A stretch of 64,000 nucleotides of DNA from the NCBI GenBank assembly GCA_963752285.1, contig CAVVXN010000005.1, forward strand, positions 1,696,001 through 1,760,000, in the 5' to 3' direction. The position numbers and the translations under genes were made by a program. The DNA is from an uncultured Planctomycetota bacterium. GTDB taxonomy: Bacteria > Planctomycetota > PLA2 > JAEUHO01. Positions 39,901-48,637 of the stretch are shown here, piece after piece (position 1 is the stretch's first letter; each line of letters opens with the position of its first letter). The notes beneath the pieces are model-generated. The model was not told the origin of the DNA. It saw only the letters and a program-made list of their open reading frames with translations, and did not search any database.

Positions 39901-40113
39901 GTCCCAGAGCGAGAGGGCGACCCGTGAGAGGTGCATCGCCTGCGCGTACGTCGGCAGCACGAGGAGCGCGTCGCCAGGTCGCGACGCGCCCCGGCCTCGC
40001 GCCCCGGTGGTCGTGGCCGCCTCCTTCACGCGCGCGAGCGCGCGGCGCGTCTTGCCCGATCCGGCCGGCCCGGTCAGCAGGCGGAGGTGGGCGGTCGGAG
40101 TGGGCACGGGCAT
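36916..40113 (-). CDS. addB: AddB-like subunit with PD-(D/E)xK nuclease and 4-Cys Fe-S motif
   Basis: GPAGSGKT, inactivated helicase motifs, LRGRIDRVD…VDYK, C…CGTCAWRPAC; GTGA overlap with addA. Confidence 0.85.
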   Translation of the reverse strand: MPVPTPTAHLRLLTGPAGSGKTRRALARVKEAATTTGARGRGASRPGDALLVLPTYAQAMHLSRVALSLWDARAVLDGAFQTFTSVGEHYLDGFRVRALPSLVERDATMDEALRRADAPAFRAVRDRPGLRARLLRLVKEVKQSGLDPEAARERLAASADRLAPDARARLLGFVEVFTVYDRLLDAAGLEDHEDTLSRLARALDEGPLEGAPALLVVDGFDDFTPVEDAILDALARIVADRGGEVVVTLPWDAGRPDLFGASAETRRRLLTRGFVEEPVAGFARAPGGPLARLALDLFRRDPPAPAAHPGEEVRLVLAGDPEDEAEAVAREARRLDRVPGLLRGWRDLVVVARRLDEAGPRILDALSRLGVPARLVGAGRPLASEALVRALAGPLSLLSGRTGPGELDATGLVPWFRWRAHADGGPALSARVDRFEIACRRYGWPRDLDQLASAARAAGLDPEPLVTHRRELASAAGWGALGPRLAKAVLELAPLPPAAGLDRAGRPIDPEADHRRARAAAARDRVLGLVAGLAGAALRTGIGTDVDARRAVDLLLDAVEQARLALPDRRLDAVNVFDFEEARHWEAPVVIVAGLSEGEVPLVPREDVVLGDDDRESVHGAAGFRLPLARDRETRERRLFYGAVTRARRRLVLVRSTATPDGDPRPPSLFLEQVERTVRLSEATVSRPAGRPAPARSECYTPRDLALFAAETARDPGASPDDQELARALLATGDPDLLRRAARARVSGGDPLEPARSTARFRAAVARVSASTLRDAIACRRRVFFRQVLGAPEDAVPFAGPPFGPRERGTLVHDALRRALAEPAKAPAVVARETIEASASRRGSEVGALGEAERVVLLGELQRLAALLRARVEAGTGLVAPCADGLELAFGEDDGFALDTPGGPLRLRGRIDRVDRGEGRAVVVDYKLSATSARDAHRLFGEGLDPQLPLYAAVVHRMYGVEVVGIEWLAATERVRFGVWCDGEAVLAARAGEGGRVDRRDPAAFRAALAAVVERAGRAALEVGAGAHDRQTEDAKRCGTCAWRPACRPVFARVEDADDAEETTS

Positions 40114-40176
40114 CGCGCGGCGAGGGTAGTCGGGGCCCGGGACGCCGCCGCGGCGGGGACGGCGACGCCGCGCGCC

Positions 40177-40205
40177 TTGTCGGGCGCCACCGGGAGGGCT
40201 ACCCT
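40177..40205 (+). promoter_or_regulatory. Putative sigma70 promoter TTGTCG-N17-TACCCT for fabH-like/RND genes
   Basis: Hexamers with 17-nt spacer in the divergent addB/fabH intergenic. Confidence 0.5.
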
Positions 40206-40287
40206 GCCGCGCCACCCCCGACCGTTCGGGGGCGGCGGACCGGGCTCACGGGGCCCGCGTCCGTCGGGTCGTCGTCCGGGAGGCACG

Positions 40288-41433
40288 GTGCGCGCGAGGA
40301 TCGTCCCCGAGGTCCGCCTGCTCGGAACCGGAGCTTCGCTCCCTGACCGCGTCGTCACGAACGAGGAGCTCGAGGGGATCGTCCGGGGCTACGACGCGGC
40401 GGCCTCGGGGCCCTTCGGGGACTGGGTGGACCGGGTCACCCACATCCACGAGCGCCGTTTCTCGGCTCCGGGCCAGCGCACGAGCGACCTCGCGCTGGGC
40501 GCGGCGCGACAGGCGCTCGAGGCCGCGCGGGTAGAGCCGAAGGACCTGGACCTGATCGTCTACGCGTCTTTCACGTCGAGCCAGACGCTCCCTGGCGACC
40601 ACTGCCGCCTCGCCGAGGAGCTGGGGGCGGTCGCGACGCCCACGTTCAACCTGATGGCCGCCTGCGCGGGGTCGGTCTACGGGATGGCGCTCGCGTACGG
40701 CATGCTCGCGTCCGGCGTCCACGAACACGTGCTCGTGATCGGAGCGGAGACGATCTCTCGGTGTCTCAACTTCAACGATCCCGTCACCTCGATCCTCTTC
40801 GGCGACGGGGCGGGCGCCGTCCTGCTCGGCCGGGGCGACGGCGACCCAAACGGCGCGGGCATGCTCGCGCCGGACCTCGGTTTCTCGTACAGCCCCCGGA
40901 ACATCCACCAGGGCAACAGCAACGTCCCGATCGACGTCGCCGTCTTCCCCGACCGACCGCTCCAGCCGGGCGTGCCGCTCGTCGAGCAGGCGCTCGTCGA
41001 GATGGAGAGTGGGCCGAACGTGCTTCGCAGAGCCGTGAACGAGATGGCCGCCTCGACGGTCCGCTGCCTCGGCTACGACGTGAAGGACCTGCGCCGCGAC
41101 GACCCGGGTCTCCGCGCGAGCCTCGATCGCGCGTGGATCGTCCCTCACCAGGCGAACGGGCGCATCATCGACGGTCTCGTGGACCGGCTCGGCGTGTCGC
41201 CGGACCGCGTCGTCCGCACGATCTACCGCTACGGCAACATGTCGGCGGCGTCGAACCCGGTCGCCCTGGACTACGCCGTGCGCTACGGGAACACGAAGCG
41301 TCGTCTGGACGATACGGGCCGTGTCCTGGAGGTGCTGGACGTGCCCGCCCCACGGATCGGGACGGGCGATCTCGTCCTCCTCCCCTCGATCGGCGGCGGT
41401 TACCTCATGGGATGCGTGGGTTTCGTGGTCTGA
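40288..41433 (+). CDS. FabH/KAS III-family condensing enzyme
   Basis: AACAG (Cys), LFGDGAGA, PHQAN (His), GNMSAAS (Asn), GGG. Confidence 0.9.
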   Translation: MRARIVPEVRLLGTGASLPDRVVTNEELEGIVRGYDAAASGPFGDWVDRVTHIHERRFSAPGQRTSDLALGAARQALEAARVEPKDLDLIVYASFTSSQTLPGDHCRLAEELGAVATPTFNLMAACAGSVYGMALAYGMLASGVHEHVLVIGAETISRCLNFNDPVTSILFGDGAGAVLLGRGDGDPNGAGMLAPDLGFSYSPRNIHQGNSNVPIDVAVFPDRPLQPGVPLVEQALVEMESGPNVLRRAVNEMAASTVRCLGYDVKDLRRDDPGLRASLDRAWIVPHQANGRIIDGLVDRLGVSPDRVVRTIYRYGNMSAASNPVALDYAVRYGNTKRRLDDTGRVLEVLDVPAPRIGTGDLVLLPSIGGGYLMGCVGFVV

Positions 41434-41463
41434 CCCCGCGCACGGGGGGCAGAATCGCGCCCC

Positions 41464-42750
41464 ATGAGCACGGAACGCGTCGGGGCGCGCCCCGCTCCGG
41501 TCCGCACGCCACGGACGAGACGCGGCGTCGCGGCGGCGAGCCTGGTCCTTCTCGCCCTGGGACTCGCGGCCGCCGCATGCGGGCGGAGCACGGCCGGCGC
41601 GGACGACGTCCGAAGCAGCCCGCGCCGCGCGAAGGTCGTCGCGTCGCCCGTCGAGACCCGCTCACTCGACTACACCGTGCCCGCGACCGGCGCGCTCGAG
41701 GCCTACCAGGTCCTCGACGTCCCCGCGCGTGTCGCCGGCGTGATCGGCGAGATCTCGTTCGACGTCGGCCAGCAGGTGACGCCGAAGGACGTCCTCGCGG
41801 TGGTGGACCGCGAACGCCACCTCCTCACGGTGAGGGAGGCGGAGGCCGGCGTGGCGGCCGCAGCCGCGACCGCGTCGCGGGCCGCCGCACAGAAGACCAG
41901 CGCGGAGGCGAGCCTGAAGGAGGCCCAGGCGAACCTGAACCGGCGCGAGGCGCTCCGCGGACGCGTGCCCGGCGCGGTCACCGTGGAGGAGATCGAGACC
42001 TCGCGCGCCGCCGTCGAGCGACTCGGGGCCTCGGTCGCCGAGGCGGTCGCACAGGGCGAGGAGGCCGCCGCGGCCGAGGCGAAGGCGCGCGCCGCGGTGG
42101 ACATCGCCCGGCGCGACGCCGAGGACGCCGAGATCCACCCGCCGCTCGCCGGCATCGTGGAGCGACGCCACGTGAGCGAAGGCCAGTACGTCCACCCGGG
42201 CGACCCGGTCGCGACGCTCGTGGACCGTTCGATCCTCCGCCTGCGATTCCGCGTCTCGGAACGCGACTCGGTCCGCCTCGAGAAGAGCATGGCCGTACAC
42301 TTCCGCGTCGCGGCGTTCCCCGAGCGCTCGTTCGGCGCGAATCTCGTGCACGTCGAGGGAACGGCGGACCCGGTCACGCGCATGGTCGAGTGCCTCGCCG
42401 ACGTCGCCGACCCGCCGGCGGAGCTGAAGCCGGGCTTCTTCGCGCAGGTGACGGTAGACGTGGGCGGCTCCGTGCACGCCGTCGTGATCCCGGACCGTGC
42501 GATCCGCGCCACGGAGGACGGCTACGTCGCCTTCGTGATCGAGGGCGGGAAGGCGCACCAGAGGAAGCTCGAGCTCGGGCTCCGGACCGCGGACGGGCAT
42601 GCCGAGGTCCTCCACGGGCTCGCGGCCGGAGAGCAGCTCGTCATCGAGGGCGCGGGCGCGCTGGAAGAGGGAACCGCGGTCGAGATCGTGCCCCCCGAGG
42701 CCGCCGGAGAGCCCACGAAGGCGCCGAAGGTGACGGGGGCCGCGGATTGA
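41464..42750 (+). CDS. RND efflux periplasmic adaptor (lipoprotein)
   Basis: Lipobox AAAC, PARVAG lipoyl half, coiled hairpin, ELKPGFF. Confidence 0.92.
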   Translation: MSTERVGARPAPVRTPRTRRGVAAASLVLLALGLAAAACGRSTAGADDVRSSPRRAKVVASPVETRSLDYTVPATGALEAYQVLDVPARVAGVIGEISFDVGQQVTPKDVLAVVDRERHLLTVREAEAGVAAAAATASRAAAQKTSAEASLKEAQANLNRREALRGRVPGAVTVEEIETSRAAVERLGASVAEAVAQGEEAAAAEAKARAAVDIARRDAEDAEIHPPLAGIVERRHVSEGQYVHPGDPVATLVDRSILRLRFRVSERDSVRLEKSMAVHFRVAAFPERSFGANLVHVEGTADPVTRMVECLADVADPPAELKPGFFAQVTVDVGGSVHAVVIPDRAIRATEDGYVAFVIEGGKAHQRKLELGLRTADGHAEVLHGLAAGEQLVIEGAGALEEGTAVEIVPPEAAGEPTKAPKVTGAAD

Positions 42751-45700
42751 AGATCTCCGACGCCGCGATCAAGAAGCCCGTCTTCGCCTGGATGCTCATG
42801 GCGGGCCTGCTCGTGTTCGGCGGCATCGGCTTGACGCGCCTCGGCGTGAGTCGCCTGCCCGACGTCGACTTCCCGCAGGTCACCGTGAACCTGGTGCTCG
42901 AGGGCGCGTCCCCCGAAACGATGGAGACGACGGTCGTCGAGGTCGTCGAGGACGCGTGCACCACCGTCGAGGGCGTACGCAACATCACGTCGGAGTCGCG
43001 GGAAGGCGCCGCGAGCGTCACGGTGGAGTTCGACCTGGGTCGCAACATCGACGCGGCCCTCCAGGACGTACAGACGAAGATCGCACAGGCCCAGCGACGC
43101 CTGCCGGCGGACCTCGAGCCGCCCGTCGTGACGAAGTCGAATCCCGAGGACAGCCCCATCATGTGGGTGTCCCTCACGGGACCGAGGAGCCCGCAGGAAC
43201 TCTCCGACACCGTCCGGTACGTGCTGAAGGACCGGATCCAGACGGTGCCGGGTGTCGGTGAGATCCAGATGGGCGGCTTCCGGGAGCGGAGCCTCCGCGT
43301 CTGGCTCGACGCGGACCGCCTCGACGCCCTCGACCTGACCGCGTCCGACGTGCTCGCCGCCATCCGCCGCGAACACGTCGAGCTGCCCGCGGGCCGCATC
43401 GAGACATCCTCGCGCGAGGTGAACGTGCGGACGCTCGGCGAGGCGCTCGACGTGAACACGTTCGCGAACCTCGCGATCGCCGATCGGAATGGGAGCACCG
43501 TACGGCTGAAGGACGTCGGCGCGGTCGAGGACGGCCTCGAGGACCGCCGCCGCATCTCGCGTACGAACGGGGTGTCCGCGCAGGGGATGGGCATCAAGAA
43601 GCAGCGCGGCGCGAACGCCGTCGCGGTGGCGCACGCCGTACGCGATCGTCTCGACGAGATCCGCAAGCAGCTGCCCGCCGACCTCGACCTGAAGGTCATC
43701 TTCGACTCGACCGGCCCCGTCGAGGACGCGATTCACGAGATCTACCTGACCCTCGGCCTCGCGGTCCTCCTGACGGCGGTGGTGTGCTGGCTCTTCCTCG
43801 GCTCGATCTCCTCCACGGTGAACGTCTTGCTCTCGATCCCGACCTCGATCGTGGGCACGTTCGCGGTGATGTACTTCCTCGGCTTCACCCTGAACACGTT
43901 CACCCTGCTCGGCCTGTCGCTCGCGGTGGGCATCGTGGTCGACGACGCGATCATGGTGCTCGAGAACATCTTCCGCCGGGCGGAGGAGGGCGAGACCCGG
44001 ATCCGCGCCGCGGTCGCGGGGACCCGCGAGGTCGCGTTCGCCGCGCTGGCGGCCACGGCGGCGATCGTGGCCATCTTCCTGCCGGTCGCGTTCATCCGGG
44101 GCGTGATCGGCGCGTTCCTCTTCCAGTTCGGGGTGACGATCGCCACGGCGGTCCTCCTCTCGCTCCTGGAGGCGCTCACCCTCACGCCCTCGCGCAGCGC
44201 GCAGTTCCTCTCGGTGGGCACGCGGCGCACGTTCTTCGGACGCGGGTTCGACGCCGGCATGGAGGGCCTCGCGCGCGCGTACCGCTTCACGCTCCGCGGC
44301 GTGCTCCGATGGAGATGGGTGGTCCTGCTCGTGGGCACCGGCGCGTTCGTCCTCTCGCTCGGCATCCTGCCGAAGCTGAAGCGCGAGCTGATCCCCTCGG
44401 AAGACATGGGGATCACCATGATCCGGCTCTACACCCCCCCGGGGTCCTCGATCGACGTCACCGACTCCATCGTCAAGCGAGGCGAGGCCCTGCTCCTCGC
44501 GCGGCACGACGTGAAGACCGTCTTCGCCGCGATCGGGGGACGGGACGGCGGCGAGGTGAACCGCGGGATCCTCTTCGTCACGCTGATCCCGCGCGAAAAG
44601 GGCCGCGTCTCGATGCCCACGTTCGTGAAGCAGATGCGGGCGGAGTTCGCGAAGATCCCCGACGTCCGGGTCTCCTTCCAGGACATGAGCGTCCGCGGGT
44701 TCACGGCCCGTCGGGGCTATCCCGTCGAGTTCAGCGTCCGCGGTCCCGACTGGAACCGGCTCGGCCAGGCGGCCGAGCGGATCACGGCGGCCATGGAGGG
44801 GTCGGACACCTTCGCCGACGTGGACACGGACTACGAGGTGGGCATGCCCGAGGTGCGCGTCGTGCCGGACCGCGCGCGGGCCGCGCGGACCGGCGTGAGC
44901 ATGCAGGCCATCGCCGAGACCGTGAACGCCCTGGTCGGCGGCGTGCGCGCGGGGACGTACGAGTCGAACGGCCGCCGGTACGACATCCGGGTGCGGCTCT
45001 TCTCGAAACAGCGCGACCGTGAAGCCGACATCGGACGCCTGCGCGTCCGCGCGAGGAACGGCGAGATCGTCCCACTCGACACGCTCGTCCGTCTCGAGAG
45101 CCGTCCGTCGCTCCTCGCGATCACCCGCGACGCCCGCGAGCGAGCGATCACCATCCACGCGAACGTCGGCCCCGACAGCTCGCAGGCCGATGCCGTGGCG
45201 GAGGCCCTTCGCCTCGCGAAGTCGATGCTTCCCGAGGGGTACCACGCGGTCCCCGTCGGGAGCGCGCAGGCACTCCAGACCTCCTTCGACGACCTCGTCT
45301 TCGCCCTCGTCCTGGGCGTCCTCGTCGCGTACATGGTCCTCGCCAGCCAGTTCAACTCGTTCGTGCACCCGATCACGGTCCTCGCCGCGCTTCCCTTCAG
45401 CCTCTCCGGCGCGTTCCTCGCGCTCTACATGTTCGACATGTCGATCAACCTGTACTCGTTCATCGGCATCGTGCTGCTGATGGGCATCGTGAAGAAGAAC
45501 TCGATCCTGCTCGTGGACTTCACGAACCAGCGACGACTCCTCGGGCTCTCGCGGGACGCTGCGCTGCTCGAGGCGTGCCCGATCCGCCTGAGGCCGATCC
45601 TGATGACGTCGGTGAGCACCTTCGCCGGGGCCCTCCCCGCCGCGCTCGCGGCAGGCCCCGGCGGCGAGGTCCGACAGCCGATGGCCATCGTGGTCCTGGG

Positions 45701-45893
45701 CGGCATGGTCGTCTCGACGCTTCTTACGCTCTTCGTCGTGCCCGCGCTGTACAGCGTGCTCGACACGCTCACGTACCGCTTCAGCCACGCGGAGCGGATC
45801 GAACGCGAGGCCTCCTCCGTGATCGCGGAGCTCGACCTGGAGGAGATGCGCCGACGGGCGACCGTCGGCCTCCCGGCCGGGGAAGCCCGGTGA
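42747..45893 (+). CDS. RND efflux permease (AcrB/MdtB family)
   Basis: PDVDFP, GIVVDDAIMVLENI, GIVKKNSILLVDF, RLRPILMT; TTG start in TTGA overlap. Confidence 0.96.
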   Translation: MKISDAAIKKPVFAWMLMAGLLVFGGIGLTRLGVSRLPDVDFPQVTVNLVLEGASPETMETTVVEVVEDACTTVEGVRNITSESREGAASVTVEFDLGRNIDAALQDVQTKIAQAQRRLPADLEPPVVTKSNPEDSPIMWVSLTGPRSPQELSDTVRYVLKDRIQTVPGVGEIQMGGFRERSLRVWLDADRLDALDLTASDVLAAIRREHVELPAGRIETSSREVNVRTLGEALDVNTFANLAIADRNGSTVRLKDVGAVEDGLEDRRRISRTNGVSAQGMGIKKQRGANAVAVAHAVRDRLDEIRKQLPADLDLKVIFDSTGPVEDAIHEIYLTLGLAVLLTAVVCWLFLGSISSTVNVLLSIPTSIVGTFAVMYFLGFTLNTFTLLGLSLAVGIVVDDAIMVLENIFRRAEEGETRIRAAVAGTREVAFAALAATAAIVAIFLPVAFIRGVIGAFLFQFGVTIATAVLLSLLEALTLTPSRSAQFLSVGTRRTFFGRGFDAGMEGLARAYRFTLRGVLRWRWVVLLVGTGAFVLSLGILPKLKRELIPSEDMGITMIRLYTPPGSSIDVTDSIVKRGEALLLARHDVKTVFAAIGGRDGGEVNRGILFVTLIPREKGRVSMPTFVKQMRAEFAKIPDVRVSFQDMSVRGFTARRGYPVEFSVRGPDWNRLGQAAERITAAMEGSDTFADVDTDYEVGMPEVRVVPDRARAARTGVSMQAIAETVNALVGGVRAGTYESNGRRYDIRVRLFSKQRDREADIGRLRVRARNGEIVPLDTLVRLESRPSLLAITRDARERAITIHANVGPDSSQADAVAEALRLAKSMLPEGYHAVPVGSAQALQTSFDDLVFALVLGVLVAYMVLASQFNSFVHPITVLAALPFSLSGAFLALYMFDMSINLYSFIGIVLLMGIVKKNSILLVDFTNQRRLLGLSRDAALLEACPIRLRPILMTSVSTFAGALPAALAAGPGGEVRQPMAIVVLGGMVVSTLLTLFVVPALYSVLDTLTYRFSHAERIEREASSVIAELDLEEMRRRATVGLPAGEAR

Positions 45894-47305
45894 GGGGGCC
45901 CGCGGGACGGTGGGCGCTGCTCCTGTTCCTCGCCGCGGGCGGGGTGGGGGCCTGCGTCCGTCCGGGCCCCCTCCCTCCGGTGCCGCGGCCCGCGCTCCCC
46001 GCGGCGATGCCGCTCTCCGGCGCGGGAAGCCTCCCGGTCACGTCGAACCCGCCCTGGCTCCGGTGGTGGGAGGTGTTCCACGACGACCGCCTCGACCGTC
46101 TCGTCGAGGAGGCCCGCGCGAAGAACCTGGACGTCCGGGAGGCGGCCCAGCGCCTCCGCGCAGCGCGAGCCGCGGCGCTCCTCGCGCACGCGGCGGCCCT
46201 TCCGACCCTCGACGCCAACCTCTCCGGGGCGGTCCAGCGCCGCGGCTCGGGATCCTCCCGCGTCGGGTCCACGTCCGCCGGGTCGAGCTTCGAGCTCTAC
46301 GGGATGGGCCTCGACTCGTCGTGGGAGCTCGACCTGTTCGGCCGCCTGGACGCGGCGCGGGCCGCCGCGGTCGCCACCGCGCGGGCGGCGGAGGCGGATC
46401 GCCGCGGGGTGGTGATCGCCGTGACGGCCGAGCTGGCGAACGCCTGGTTCGACCTGCTCGCGGCCAAGGCCGAGGCGGCCATCCTCGGTGACACGATCGA
46501 GCTCCTCGAACAGACCCTCGCCATCGTCGAGGCGCGCTTCCACGCGGGCGTCGGCCCGGAGCTCGACCTGCGCCGGGTCGAGGGCGCGCTCGCGACGGCG
46601 CGGGCGCGGACGCCCGAGGCACGCCGCAAGGGGATCGCGGCGTCGAACCGCATCTCGCTCCTCCTGGGCGGGCCGCCCGGCGTCACGTTCGAGACGCCCG
46701 ACGCGGCGGAGCTCCCGCCGCCGCCCGAGATCCCGATCGGCCTCCCGTCGTCGCTCGTGCGGCGGCGCCCGGACGTCGTGGCGGCCGAGGAGCGGCTCCT
46801 CGCCTCGCACGCCCGCGTCGCCGAGGCGATCGCGGAGTTCTACCCGTCGGTGACGCTCGCGGGCGACATCTCTCTCAGCACCCTCGACCTGCGGTCGCTC
46901 TTCACGACCGCCGCACTCTCCGATGCGCTCGGCCCCACCATCCGGATCCCGATCTTCGAGGGAGGACGCCTCGCCGCCCAGAAGCTCGAACGCATCGCCG
47001 AGATGGACGCGGCCGGTACGACGTACGCGAAGACGGTCCTGGCCGCGCTCGGCGAGGTGGCCGACGCGGTGGCCGGCGTCGCGGCCCACGAGGAGGCGCG
47101 GGACCAGCTCCGGCTCGCGGTCGAGGCGCAGCGGAAGGCCGTCGAGGTGTCGCTCGCGCAGTACGAGGCCCAACTCGTGAACTACCTGCCGGTGCTCGAC
47201 AGCCAGTCAGCCCTCGCCGAGGACCGCCTGGCGCTCCTCGAGGCCGAACGGACCCTGCGCGGCGACGTGATCCGCCTCGGCGAGGCGCTGGGTGGGGGCT
47301 GGTAG
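45890..47305 (+). CDS. NodT/OprM-type outer-membrane efflux lipoprotein
   Basis: Lipobox VGAC, WWEVFHDDRL, SWELDLFGR, RRPDV, ALGGGW C-terminus. Confidence 0.93.
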   Translation: MRGPAGRWALLLFLAAGGVGACVRPGPLPPVPRPALPAAMPLSGAGSLPVTSNPPWLRWWEVFHDDRLDRLVEEARAKNLDVREAAQRLRAARAAALLAHAAALPTLDANLSGAVQRRGSGSSRVGSTSAGSSFELYGMGLDSSWELDLFGRLDAARAAAVATARAAEADRRGVVIAVTAELANAWFDLLAAKAEAAILGDTIELLEQTLAIVEARFHAGVGPELDLRRVEGALATARARTPEARRKGIAASNRISLLLGGPPGVTFETPDAAELPPPPEIPIGLPSSLVRRRPDVVAAEERLLASHARVAEAIAEFYPSVTLAGDISLSTLDLRSLFTTAALSDALGPTIRIPIFEGGRLAAQKLERIAEMDAAGTTYAKTVLAALGEVADAVAGVAAHEEARDQLRLAVEAQRKAVEVSLAQYEAQLVNYLPVLDSQSALAEDRLALLEAERTLRGDVIRLGEALGGGW

Positions 47306-47314
47306 CCACGCGGT

Positions 47315-48637
47315 TCAGCGGCGGAGCGTCGTCTTCTCGCCACGCCGGATCACTTCGAGCTCGATCGACTCGCCGCTCGTCGCGAGCTGGTCGAGACGCG
47401 ACGAGAAGGTGGCCACGTTGCTCACGGGATCCCCGTTCACACGCATCACGATGTCGTAGAGCTCCAGCCCGAGCGCCTCCGCGGGACTCCCCGGCTGGAG
47501 GCGCGACACGAGCGCGCCCTGGCCCTCCTCGAGTCGAAGCTGCGAGGCGAGAACCGGCCCCACCGCCTCCAGGCGCGCCCCGAACGCGCCCCGCTCGACG
47601 GTGCCGAAGCGCGAACGGAGCCGCGGCACGATCCCGCCCCGAAGGTCGTCTCGGAACACCTGCGGCCCGAAGTGCAGCTGGAAGTCGATGCCGCCCAGGA
47701 CCTCGTCGAGCTCCGGGTGTTCCTTCTTGAGGGCCTCGATGCTCGTGCTGTGGTACGTCTTCGTCTGGGGACGCCCGTTCTCGTCGGGCTCCGTGATGTT
47801 CGCCGTGACGCCGTCGGCGTCCTGCTTGATCTCGACGCGGCGACCGCCCCGCGAGACGTGTACCGACATGCCTCGCTGTCCGTCCCGGCCGAAGAAGGGC
47901 TCGAACGGGAAGAGCGCCGGGTTCGCGTCCTTCCAGGTCTGCCACTTCTTCTGCAGCTCGGCCATGCCCGCGGCCTTCGCGAGGTCCGGGTTTCGAGCGA
48001 GGATCTCCTCGAGCGTCCGCCCCTGGTACGTGGCGGGCGCGGCGGTGGGGTTCGCGAGGTCCTTCACCTCGAGGGTGACGCGGGAGATCATCCCGAAGAC
48101 GTTCACGTCGAGCGAGAGGCCGGGCGCCTCGAGCTTCTCGTTGTGCTCCAGGGGTCCGAACGGGTCCGCCCCGAGGTGTTCGTTCAGGTGGCGGAACAGA
48201 CGTTCGAGCCGCTGCTCGAGGGACTCCGACCCACCGGAGGACCACGGCGGGACGGGGTCGTGCGACGGCGCGCTCCCGGGGGCCGCCGGGGGCGCGTCCG
48301 AGTCCATCGACTGCTCCCCCTCGCGGGCGAGCCGCCGGAGGATCTGCTCCGCCCGCCAGCGGGCCTCCATCTGCGGCGCATCGTCCATCGCCTTCTGGAG
48401 GGCCCGCTTCGCCGGGTCGCCGATCTCGAGCAGGCGGCGCGAGGCGCGCTCGCGCGTCTCGAAGTCCGCCGAGCCGAGATCTCGGATCAGCGTGTCGATC
48501 TCCGCCTTCGACGCCTCGGGTCCGGCGGCCGGCTTCGGCGGCGCGGCCGGGGGGGGCGACGCGTCGTCGTCCGCCCTCAGCGACCGGGCGAAGGGGACGA
48601 GGAGGAGCACGGCGAGGAGGAGGGCGAAGGTGCGCAT
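47315..48637 (-). CDS. Exported HEAT-like + C-terminal PDZ protein (no protease domain)
   Basis: Signal peptide; LIRDLGSADFETRERA; GALVSRLQPGSPAEALGLELYDIVMRVNG. Confidence 0.8.
   Translation of the reverse strand: MRTFALLLAVLLLVPFARSLRADDDASPPPAAPPKPAAGPEASKAEIDTLIRDLGSADFETRERASRRLLEIGDPAKRALQKAMDDAPQMEARWRAEQILRRLAREGEQSMDSDAPPAAPGSAPSHDPVPPWSSGGSESLEQRLERLFRHLNEHLGADPFGPLEHNEKLEAPGLSLDVNVFGMISRVTLEVKDLANPTAAPATYQGRTLEEILARNPDLAKAAGMAELQKKWQTWKDANPALFPFEPFFGRDGQRGMSVHVSRGGRRVEIKQDADGVTANITEPDENGRPQTKTYHSTSIEALKKEHPELDEVLGGIDFQLHFGPQVFRDDLRGGIVPRLRSRFGTVERGAFGARLEAVGPVLASQLRLEEGQGALVSRLQPGSPAEALGLELYDIVMRVNGDPVSNVATFSSRLDQLATSGESIELEVIRRGEKTTLRR

Noticed and set aside
33377..40113. Helicase-nuclease pair as novel defence or Cas4-type system
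   Set aside because: Architecture and order match housekeeping AddAB
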